A DNA stretch of 63,549 nucleotides, the filler included, from Moniliella sp. 'wahieum' (Eukaryota): NCBI GenBank assembly GCA_003971905.1. It is 3 parts of 3 records of this genome, joined end to end, with 100 filler letters (N's around TTAATTAATTAA, not from the genome) between each part and the next. Parts side by side here need not be neighbours in the genome. Positions count along the whole stretch, not along the records: positions 43,181 to 63,549 come from RSEE01000189.1; 2 more parts are not named here. One strand, written 5' to 3'. The notes beneath the pieces are model-generated. The model saw nothing but the letters and a program-made list of their open reading frames with translations. It made no database searches and had not been told where the DNA came from. This document shows, in pieces, positions 47,496-58,350 of this stretch. Made by a program: the position numbers and the translations under genes. Numbering within the stretch: position 1 is the first letter of the stretch; every line of letters begins with the position of its first letter.

Positions 47496-48763
47496 ATGGT
47501 GTTCAAAACGGTGTTCAAAACCGCATACCGCGCGTTGAAGAACCTGCGCTACAACAGCTCCGAGGTCCTGATCCGCCGGGCCACCAGCAACACCGAGTCC
47601 TCCAACTGAAGATCTACTGGCTGAGATTGTGCGACGGACGTATTCACGCGAGGAGTTTATGCTGATGATGGCTATGCTCGACCGTCGCCTGAATGACCGA
47701 ACGCGCCAGTGGCGGCACGTGTTCAAGTCCCTCTGTCTTGTCGGCTACCTTTTGCGTGACGGCTCCCCGCTACCGTTGAATACTTCCATAACAATGTCTA
47801 CCTCATCAAGACCCTGCGTGAGTTCCAATACACCAGCAAGGCTGGCGAAGATCATGGCGAACTAGGTACGTGCCTTACTTCGCTCTGTGATGGTGGCCAT
47901 CCAATTGACTTATGATTCACCGTTATTACACATTCGTATCATGCGCACACCTCAGTTCGCGACAAGGCGCGCGAGATCAGCATGCTCCTTAGTAATGACC
48001 ATCAGTTGCGCCGCATCCGGGTACGCTTCCCCCACCGGCGGCGTTCTCTTACCACGTTGTGTCTCTTCTGATGATTCAATCATTGATGAGGAAGATTGGC
48101 CCGCGTTGAGTACGACCAAGAGGCCGAGCGTCGCCAGCGTGACCAAAATGCTGCCAAAGCACGAGCGTTGGAGGAGAAGCGCAGGGCTGCTTTGGAACAA
48201 GACCATGCTCTGTCTCTAAGACGTGCACAAGAGGCGTTGTATGACCAACAGCGGGAAGACACCCAGGTACGTGCGGCACTTTCAGAAAAACAGCAAGTGG
48301 AGGCCTTGCACGCTCAGCACCTTGAACAAGGTGGCTGGCCACGCCACGAGCAGACACCAAAATGTTGGCCTAGCCGCTCAGTACACGAGCATGTTGCCTT
48401 CTTGCAATCCCTACCAAATGGTTTCTGTGCAGCCTCAGTTTTCCTCTTCTCTGGCGGATCTACCAACCCTTTCGCTGCGCATTCCATGACGGACCAAGTC
48501 CCCTCGTCGCCCTCTGTCATGCCCACCCCATCCTCGCCATGTCGCGTGCGACCAGTGTGACTTCAAGTTCGAGCTTCACCACCCGCCCAGCCTCATCCGT
48601 GCAAACCAACCCTTACTATCAAGCTCGGTCCAAAGCCGGTTCAGCATTTATGGACCAGCTCGATTGATGCTGGCTAATGGCAAAGGGATTGATACTTTTG
48701 GCAACACGGGAAATCAACGGCTAGGGCACTTTGCTCACAACGGACCCGTCTCTTCATCTCTGA
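47496..48763 (+). CDS. Divergent epsin (Ent1/Ent2-like ENTH domain protein), frameshifted
   Basis: VLIRRATSN; MAMLDRRLND..QWRHVFKSL..YLLRDGS; NVYLIKTLREFQY; intron 47866-47955 then VRDKAREISMLL; TNPF motif; C-terminal GIDTFGNTGNQR; 3' end approximate. Confidence 0.85.
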
Positions 48764-50105
48764 CCGTGCCCAATTGGCCCCGTGGCTTCTCCCTTTGCTT
48801 AGCGAGTTTTGACTACATTGAGCTCTGGCCACAGCATGGGTTTCCCTGCCACCCTTTTACCGATCCCCTAGGCATCTTTTTCACTTTTGACGACTGTCGT
48901 CTGTCCCCAACAGTCATCCTGTTTTCCATCCAAAGCCTACTAAACTCACACTGAGAGCCAGCAGAACTCTCAACAAGCCCCTTCTCCTGGTCATCCTCCC
49001 CTTCTCACCAAGAGTCCTGCATGGTGACAGCTCTATCCGTCAACCTTCTTATACTATAGCATATTACATTTTCGAATGCCAACTATCCGTCCTCGTTTTC
49101 GCCCATGATGGTTCCTCTACCAGGCTCACAGTCTCGCAGAAAACAGGGGATACAAGCCGAGTGCGGTGATCCCCGCTTCAGACCAGTGGCCTGGCGCGTA
49201 AGGGGAAGATGTGCAAATAGCTGGACGAGGCAATCCACATGTATTGGTAGAACGAAGAGAAGATTTGTGGGCAAAGAGATGTTATGGAAGATGGAGAAGA
49301 AGAGATGACGGGAGCAGGGAGGTGTTGATGCCCGCCTCAGACCTTATCCCCATATGCGTCGCGGCGCCCGCGTCGATGGATTAGGCGTGGCGCGTAACAC
49401 GTAGTTGGCAATGGGCCTGCTATCTAATATAGAACCTGGGGCCTGAGATCGAGAGGCGCCCACAGGCAAAAAGACGCAGGTACTCGATACACTGCTGGCA
49501 AATACAGAGCGGAAACCATCAGAGCCATCATGCATCACCCGTCCGCAGTCGCACGATGGCGCTGCGCACCATCGAAGGCACTGGGTCTGTGCGATGAGCG
49601 CCACCTATCGAGTCTCCTGTCGAGATGCGGCGGCGCACCCGAGGCTGACGCGCTGACGACGGAGCCGGTGGGGGCGAGGCTGGCGACGCAGGACGAGGCA
49701 GTGGCTAGGGGTCGGCGGAGCAGCGACCAACGGAAAACGAACACAGATCGGGGCACAGACCTGCGCCAGCCGAACGGTCGTGCGCACGGGCCCCATCTAT
49801 GTTCGTCTCGCGCTAGCATCATGCATCACAACAATAAGCCACTCGGGGGAGAGCTGCCGGAAGGAGAGAGCGGCCACGTTGCCCCCTGTCACATGCATGT
49901 CACATGCCCCATGCCACATGTCAATGTCACACGTCACGCGTCAGCACTATCGCTATGAAGCTATGAACGTATGAACGTCGAACCTGTGTCTCGGCCTACT
50001 CAACGGTGAACTCCACTACGTACGTCAACGGGTCAACGTTCAACCACTCGGCGTGGGCATCTGCATCAGAGAGTCGATGATCGATGAACTGGTGAAGCTT
50101 AGCTT

Positions 50106-50118
50106 GAAGCTTCAAGAA
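50106..50118. promoter_or_regulatory. Putative heat-shock element (GAAnnTTCnnGAA) upstream of the DUF2235 gene
   Basis: GAAGCTTCAAGAA, with further GAAGCTT(C) units at 50094, 50137, 50155; overlaps a heptamer-type array so may be incidental. Confidence 0.3.
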
Positions 50119-50450
50119 TTCAAGCTTCAAGACGTCGAAGCTTCCCTGACACTGGAAGCTTAGAAGACGCACTCGGGCTTCAGCGCTTCAGCGCCGGCGA
50201 GAGCTAACCCTCCTGAGGACGGTCGCCGGGTATTGAATTCGGACAAGAATTGCTACTTGTGGGAGCGCGGGTATTCAGAACTCAGGATCCCAGAGAAACG
50301 CGCACAGGCACGCGGACGACGGAGTTCAAGGGACACGATTCCATCTGTAACATGTAACAGGTAAGCGCTGTGTGTTGGGTACGTACCTTACCTGTTTGGC
50401 CACACCAAAAGAGACGCTTCGGTCGTTCCCAACCCAGTTTCATGAGACGG

Positions 50451-50481
50451 TCAACGTTCAACGTTCAACGTTCAACGTTCA
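50451..50481. repeat. 7-bp-period array (TCAACGT)n
   Basis: TCA at 50451, 50458, 50465, 50472, 50479. Confidence 0.92.
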
Positions 50482-50741
50482 ACAAACCTTAGCTGTGGCG
50501 CAGAGCGCTAGCTGGTCCCCTCTCACGACACGGGGCACCACGCACCGCGCACCGCGCACCCACGTTGCCAATTCTTCTCCCTGTGGACTCTGATTCCCCA
50601 GTTGGCTTTCACAGGGAAAGTAATATATGTAGAGGCCCCCGCAGCCTCGTCTGCGCAAGTTCCCGTTCTCTCTCTCCTTTACTCACGTCCATCGACCAGA
50701 CCAACTCCCAGCACGGTTTCATCTGCGTTTCCCCTCGACCC

Positions 50742-52457
50742 ATGTCCTACCTGGTCCTTCCATCCAATATCCGCCTTCGGGCCAGGCCGCTCCCTCGACT
50801 CCGCACCGGCCTCGGCGTGGCCCCATTCGGATATCGTCTTGTGCGATGGCACGTGGGCGTCGCGGGAGACGGTGTTTACCAAGGTGCACAGGGTGTGGCT
50901 ACATCCAAGACGGCGTCGGCCGACTGGTACACCAATGTGGCCTTGTTGGCGCAATGTATTCTGCCTGCTGCAGATCGGGCAGATGGGAACGGGTACGTGC
51001 GCCCGCAGATCCTGCACTACATGACGGGGTTGGGGTCCATGCCCGATTGAAGCAGAAAATTGTCAGGGCGCCACGGGCCAAGGGATTGACGACAAGGTGT
51101 GTTAGAGGGCATCCGGTTCATTTACGACAATTACCAGCCAGGGGACGAGATCTTGCTCTTTGGCTTCTCCCGCGGTGCGTTTACGGCGCGGTGCATTGCT
51201 GGCGTGATTGACTTGCCGGCGTGCTGACCAAGCCGCAGAGCATCCGTCTCAACGAACTGTGGAAGGCGTACATTGAACGTCGACCAGACCAGCCTTGGAC
51301 GATTGCCAGGGCGTGCTACGTGTTGCATGACATTACGGTCGTTGGCCGAACGGGAGTTCGGTCGGAGTGGCGAGCGTGGCATCGGACCTGGTCCGCGGCA
51401 CGTTTGCCCAACGGGTGTCCCAGTCGCTCAAGCACATCAGTATCCCAGCGTCCGTCTCGTTCGACACGTTGACCCAAGGTGCCAATCCTGCGAATCCTGT
51501 GATGCCTAGTCCTACGGTAGACGTGGTGCCGATCAAGGTGGTAGGGTGTGGGACACGGTCGCTGCTCTTGGGGTGCCCGGGCTGTTCAAGACGTTGGCCA
51601 ATGAGCATATGACTTCCTTTTCGACCCAGGTTGGGTGCCGGGGTGGAGAATGGGTTCCATGCACTATCACTTCACGAGGATCGCAAAGACTTCCTACTAC
51701 CTTGTGGGTACCAACAAAAAAACGCTTCTCGCAACCAGATTCTCAAGCAAACGTGGTTCCAAGGGTGCCACGCTGATGGTGGGCGGAGGCTATTCCCTCC
51801 ATGGCCTGTCGGACATTACCTTAGCTTGGATGGTGGCTCAACTGCACGACCATCCCTCGGGCCCGCTGCTGGGATTGACTTTGACCACCTCCGGTCGCTG
51901 CAGGACAAGCGGTACGCTTGGGCCAAGCAGGCGGGAACGAGAGTCGGATGGCGAATCGAGGAGCAGGCGGTGCGACAAGTGGACAATGAGCGCTGACCAA
52001 GGCCGATCTGGTTGGTGTCGTATGGAGCGATATGCTCCAAGGTGGCAGTAGCGCCCGGCACGAATCGCTTCACTTTTCTGTCGTCGTGGGCGGGGCGTAC
52101 AATCCTGCTACCTCGCCGCAATTTGAGGCGCTGCGCAAGCAGGACCCGAACCGGTTGACGTACCTTTGGCAGCAAGCTAGTAACCCCAATACGCTCCTCC
52201 CGATGAGCGAGCTCTTCGTGGGGCGCCGGAACCGAGAAGCCCGTGCCGCCGACTCTGCAAGATAAGGCCTACGACCATATGATGGAGACGTCCCAAGGCT
52301 TGCAAAAGTGGCGGAGCAGTTTGTCAACAAGTTCCATGTTTCCGACACGCACAACTTACGGCCTGGCACGCTGGGGCAGGGCATCGAGGCCATGCGTTCT
52401 CGCTTGGACCACAGTCCTTTGTCAATGAAGGAGCGTGTTGACAAGGACAGCCGCTAA
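50742..52457 (+). CDS. DUF2235 (Tle1-like) alpha/beta-hydrolase, no intron seen, frameshifted
   Basis: VLCDGTW; TNVALLA; QILHYMTGLGS; NYQPGDEILLFGFSRGAFTARCIAG (GFSRG 51162-51176); VWDTVAALGVP; FHALSLHEDRKDF; LKQTWFQGCHADVGGG; LSDITLAWMV. Confidence 0.92.
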
Positions 52458-52752
52458 GGGCTAAAACGTTGTCGGTCTTCGGATTGGCAGTTGTGGACCT
52501 TTGGATTCTTCTTATTTCCTATTCGTGAATTTCCCGATATGAATCACTTCCTGGCTATCAACAAGTCCATAGTATCCATAGGCTCTTCGCACACAATGAT
52601 TAGTTGCTTATGCCAGCCGCAGTGGGATCCAAACACAGGGCAGCGCAACAAACGAACAGTTTCTGGCCCGAAACGAGGGACAAGAGAAGGGGCAAGGCGA
52701 GAGTGACAAGACGAGTGACAAGGCGATCTAGGGAAGGGATAGCAAGCACAGC

Positions 52753-55700
52753 TCAGGCCGCCGTCTCCACCTCAGAACGTTCCACAAAGCCGAGGGTGGA
52801 ACATAAAGTAGTCCAGGACCTTGTCCAACCGCTGACAAAGTTCCTCCACCTGTGCCCGGCGAGCTTTACGTTTCTCTTCGTACGCAGTCTCGAGAGACGA
52901 GCGACCTCTTCCAGCGCGTCAATCTTAGCCTGAGCCGGGGAGGTGGCCAGCTCATCGTTCGAAGCGGGACCCAAGGGGGTGGGAACAGCGTCCTCCGCTC
53001 CGTTGTGCCGTCTTGCGGTGTGGCAAGGGGCACGATCCCAGCCGCGGCCTCGGCAGCCCAGGGGGCCCTTCACCAGGCGCAAGGGGGGGTACCCCCGCGG
53101 CGGGGAAAAGCTGGCGCGGGTCTTACTCTTTCTACTAGGTGCCGCGGCCACCGCCTCGTTTTCGGCCTTGACAACAGCCCGCTGCCACTTTGCCATCTCC
53201 CGAGTGCGCTTCTCGTCCGCTTCGACAGCATCAAGGCGATACTGGATGTGTTTGATCACCTTGAAGATCCAGTAGGGCCAGTTGACCATCTGCCACCTCG
53301 GTTCCTGTTCCAACACGAACTTCTCTTGGGCCCACACTTGTGCCTCTGGCGACTGGGACGGTGGGTCGGCACGGCCCGCTCCCGCACCCGCTCGTTCATG
53401 GTCTCCTCCGAGGCCTCGTCCGCATGCACTGGTTTCTCGTCCTCATTTTGGGACTCATCCCCAACCTTCTCGGTAGCGTCGGGAGGTGGGTGCGTGTGGT
53501 TGGCATCTTCAGTTTCCATTTCCTCGACGGGGACAGGATCCGTTGAGGCTCGGGGGAACCATCGGGTTGGTTGATCGTGCTCGGGTCCAGCTCGGGGGTG
53601 ACGGTGAGTTCGGCGACAGTGAAGGGTGAGGGAACGGTTTGCCGTAAATGTAGAGTCCCCAGGCCCAACGGCCCTGGGTGTTCTTGGGCATAGATTCGAC
53701 ATACTCGGTCAAGTGCCAATACTCACGACCGTCAACGTCGGTGCCAAGCGGGCCCGAACGCATCTTGGTTCGGTTGAGGTGGTTGTAGAGTTGCACCTTG
53801 CGTTGCAACAGGTTCCAGGCCACGTTGCGTTGCTCGCGTGTTTTCTACAGAGAGGGGCAATACATTAGTTAGCAAAAAAACAGCAACCAAAGGACGCGAT
53901 TGGGGAGGGGGGAAGACGTACCTTGCGTCCCAATTCCTCGATGTACCGTTGGACAGTCTCGTTGTCCAACTTTTCGTTGAGCGCTTGCATGCGTTCCTTG
54001 TGCTCCGTTGATCCGGGTAAGGTCCGCACGAGCGTCCCGCTCCGAAGCGGCGACATTGTTCCACGCCTCCACCAGGTCCGTCCGAACGGCATTGGTACGA
54101 GGCACAAGGGTGTTGACCAACGCGCCTAGAATAGCGACTCGTTGTTCGAAAGGCAGGGCAGGGACAGGAGCCGTCGGAGGTGGGGTGGGCGTCACAACCA
54201 CTTCCACCGCTCCAGCATGCTCGGTTCGACCGAGCCATCCTGGTCGGGTGCGAGCGACGGGCGTGCGCTGCTGGGAAGAGCCGAGGCCTGACGAGAAATG
54301 GACATGGAAGCCGACTGGGCCCGGGAAGTTAGCCCTGATGGCGGTTGTCCCCGGCGAGTGCGGCCAGAGCGCCTCAGCTCCGTTGGCTCGGTCCCCGATG
54401 CACTTTCTTTGCTGATGCGGGGGGTACGACCACGGTGGGTTTGCGCACCAGTTGAGTCGGTCTGATGATCTTCATCGTCTTCACTGGCTTCCGCGGAAGG
54501 GGCACCGTCATAGTCCTTATCGTCAGCGCCATCTTCGTCCATGTCGTCATCGCTGTGGATGGATGCCTCGCGCAAATTCTTGCGAGGAATATCAATGTTG
54601 TTGAGCTTGGCCCGTCCGGCTCGAGTAAGGACGCGTCTGCTTGTTCCCGGAGCCAGGGCAACGTCTGACATTGGCGTAGCTACCTGCTCATCGGGCACTT
54701 CGACAAAGTTGTGCTCAACGTCAGGCAGGTCCTCAATCTCCACCTGCTCTGCCTTGAGCCACTCGCGTGCTGCCTCCCATGCTTCGCCACGCATCGATGC
54801 GTCAGGCGCATTGTGTAGCATCCGGACCGCCCGGACCAAGGGCATAACTCCAGGAAGAGCACCGCTGTAGTTTGGTTTGGCACTGGTCTGAAGCGACTTG
54901 GTCGTCGTACCCGCCAAACAAGCAGCCACTGCCTCGAGAATCTGGTTGAGCATGCGCGGATCCCAGTCATCAAACCTGTCCAGCCGACGAAGAACGAAGC
55001 AGGGGTAGCAACCGCATCAAAACGAACCAAAGCCTCGTAAATCCACATGCGGGCGAACAGATTGGCAGTGGGCAAGGACGAGTCAGCACCCGTCAGGGCT
55101 CCTCCAACTTGGGAGCAACCACAACGGGCTTGGGGCGGATCTTGGGGATGTCCGAGCAGCCGATTTTCTTCCTTTGGCAGGCGTCGTCTTCCCTCCCTTG
55201 GTGGGCGTCGCTTTGGCAGCTTAGTAGGCGTTGCTTTGGCTCCCTTGGTGGGTGTCGCTTTGGTTCCCTTGGTGGGCGTAGCCTTGGTCTTGCCCGTAGC
55301 CTTGGCCTTGGTCGAGGCCTTGGCCTTGGTCTTGGCCGTAGCTTTGGCGGCTGTCTTGCCTTTGGCGGTCGATGACTTGGCTTTGGACGCTGTAGTTTTG
55401 GCCCCCTTGCCAGTGATCGCTTTGGCCTTGGTGGAAGCCTTCTTGGGTGCGGCCTTGGCCTTGGAGGCAGCAGTGGTTTTGACAGACTTGCCCTTGGCCG
55501 GTGGTGAGGACGAGTCAGGCTCCGAGCCAGAGGCGGGCTCCTGGTCTTGCCCATCGACATCCATCAGTTCTGCACCGTTGCTGTCGTCTTGCACATCAGC
55601 TTCGTCCTGGGCTTTAAACGAGGCTTGGGCTTGCCATTGGGGAGGAACTTGAGCGCCAGGGCCTCATCGTCCGAGCTGTCTGGAGATTGCGGGGTCTGAG

Positions 55701-56622
55701 CCTTGACCTTGGCGGATTTGGTTTGTTGGTGGATTTGGCAGCACCCTTTGTAGGTTTAGTCGTATCCTTGGGCTTGGCTTTTCCTTTCCCTTTGGCGTTG
55801 GCATTGGCATTGGCATTGGCCTTGGTCTTGGCCTTGGTCTTGGCCTTGGCCTTGCCTGTGCTGGCAGGAGCATCCGAAAGACTTTCGTCCGCCTCATCGA
55901 GGGAAGTATGGGGGCGCTCATCGGCTCTAGCATGGGAAAGACGATCGTGGCCTTCCTCCGTGTGAGCCAAAGGAGTCAGACCCCGACGGTGGCGACAGAC
56001 GGAGCAATCGCACGTGCCCACGCACCGAGGGCAAGCGAACAAGTAGCCCGCCTCGGACGCGGGGCACATCTGGCTCGGGTCCAGACCAAGTTGGACTTTG
56101 TTGGGGTCGCCCGCGGTGGGGTCCCGGCCGCGGGCAAGGATATCATCGCGTGAGAGGCCGTAGTAGACCTTGAGGGGAGTAGTCGCAATAGCGCAAGCGG
56201 CAACGCTGGTGATTGTCGCGCATGTTGGTGCACTGCAGCATGGGGCGAGGGCAGAAACGGCGGTGCTGGTGGCAGGGGCCGAGGTGGCCGGTTGAGCATC
56301 GGGACTCATTTGTCCCTCAACCGGCTCGGCGTCCCCAAGCAGAAGGGGGCTGGCAGCCATGGCCTGGGCCTGTTGCGTGCGGCCGCGACCGTACGCGGCT
56401 CTACCTTTGGCGATCGAGACACGGCCGCTCGGGCGGGCAACCGCATCGGCGGACGAGTCGGCGTCGAGCGACTGGTCGGGCTGGGCGTGGGACTGGATTT
56501 GGTTTTCTTGTTGGCGACGGCGAGCGAGGGCGAACGGGCGGATGTGCTCTTGCGTTTGGACGCGGGTGCGGACGGGGGCGTGTCCCCTGGGGGGGGAGGT
56601 GGGGATCGTCGTCGGTGTGCAT
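52753..56622 (-). CDS. Chromatin protein: variant zf-4CXXC_R1 (CDCA7-like) finger + Lys/Ala-rich H1-tail-like region + DDT-like/WHIM1/WSD modules, frameshifted
   Basis: CHQHRR..CTN..CRLRYC..L..YYG...FACPRCVGTCDCSVCRHRRGL (56274-55975); KAK/TPTK repeats; RMWIYEALVRF; LPFEQRVAILGALVN (WHIM1-like); RSGPLGTDVDGREYW (WSD); intron 53921-53845; start 56622 inferred. Confidence 0.75.
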
Positions 56623-58350
56623 GCTGGAGGGGAGGGGGCAGGTGGCAACGGAGGGGGGGGGCGCGCGGCGCGGGAGGACGGAGCGGAGGCGGAGCGGCAG
56701 GCGGAGGGCAGGCGGAGGGCAGGCAGAGGGAGGCCGCGGTTGGAGAGGCGCGAGCAGTGAAGCGCAGCGCAGCGGACACAGCCGGCAGGAAAGCACAGCA
56801 GGCGCACACGAGCGAGATGGAAGGCAGGAGCCAAGAGACGCCGGCTGGACGCGCTGAATTTTCCTCCGGCCAGCGCAGCCATCGGGCACGAGTGGGGCAC
56901 GGCGCCAGCCTGTCACCCTCCCGCCCACAAGACGCGTCCGCCGCGTCGGCCGCGTCTGGATTTGGCGCGCCTTTGCTTCCGCCCGCCGGCGCGCTTGCCA
57001 ATCACACGCTCCAACACGCCGCGTGCCTCGCCTGCATCCGCCCCGCCGGCCCCACGCTGTCCCGCCATGGTGCCCCGCAGCACACACACCCATCGCACGG
57101 GCACAAGCATGCGCGTCCGTTGGGCAGATCTATAAATCGACGAGTTCGCGTGATGGCCCCCGTGTCTGCTGCTGTATTCCGCCCTTGGGTGATCGCGTTA
57201 GGGGGCGCGCACGACTGCCGCGGCCATGTTTATCAGCTCAGTGAGGAGGGACAAGATCATGTGCCGCATTCGCTTGCCCCCCGGAGACGTAGCAGCAGCC
57301 CCCATGGTACTGTGCGCTGTAGAAGAACAAAGAAAAGAATGCTTCTGCTGCTGGTCTGACCACCTCTTCGGCTTGGCTCTCAGTCGATCAGCCGCTCCTC
57401 CCCCCATGGCCACAGGCAGTGCAGACGCTGCGCCGTTGCTGTTCCCGTCGCGCGGCCGGAGCAACGGGAGGAGGGCTGGCGGTTATGATGGAGGATGGAG
57501 GATGGAGGATGGATTTCGAAACCTGCGGCTGCTCGACGCGTTGCAGCCACGCGTTTGGGGCGTTGGAAACGTGCGTGACCAGTGATCACCGGTGCTAACT
57601 GTGCCGCGCACACTGGCCCCGCGCCTGGGTGCCATTGGGCTCGCGCTTGCAACTTTCATTCTTGCATGTTCGTTGTTCGTTGTTCTCTGTTCAGTGTTAC
57701 GCAGCGTTCAAGTTGAACGTTCAGTTTGCGCCTCGGCGCCTGGCCGCACCTACGCCCCCTAGGATGCCTCTCTCTACCGGTAACCCCATCGATTCTGGCC
57801 TGCCTGTGCTTCTATCCTCCAACCATCTGCGCTGCGAGATGCGCCACTTGGTCGCCATTCCATTCCTCCTCGTCTACGCAGTAACCTCACGGCGCGCACC
57901 GCGGGCACGCAGATAGCTGCCCTGGGTCGTACGAAGCGACTTGTCCATCCCCCCTGCGCCCACACCCACCATTTAGCCTTCTCCCAACGGCCAGAGGCAA
58001 TGTAGTGGGGGACCAGTCCTAGCACCGACACCCACCCGGTCCAGATCCAGAAAAGACCCCACGTACCGCTCGCCTTGCTCGGGCCAGCCACGTCTCTCTG
58101 ACGGAACGTCAACTGCAGGCGCACCGTGCACCCCCGTTGACTGGACCATACCTTGCCCGCTCCCATCCTACCTGCAGACCACCCGGACGAGACGTACAAT
58201 AGTCATAGTCATAGTCCTAGCCCTAGCCCTAGCCCGAGCCACACACGACAAACAAACGCGAACAGGCCAGCTGCAAGGGGGCGAGGGAGCAAAGGGAGTA
58301 AGGGAGCGAGGTGCAAGGGTGCAAGCGCGAGGGGCGGATGGCAGGGCACG

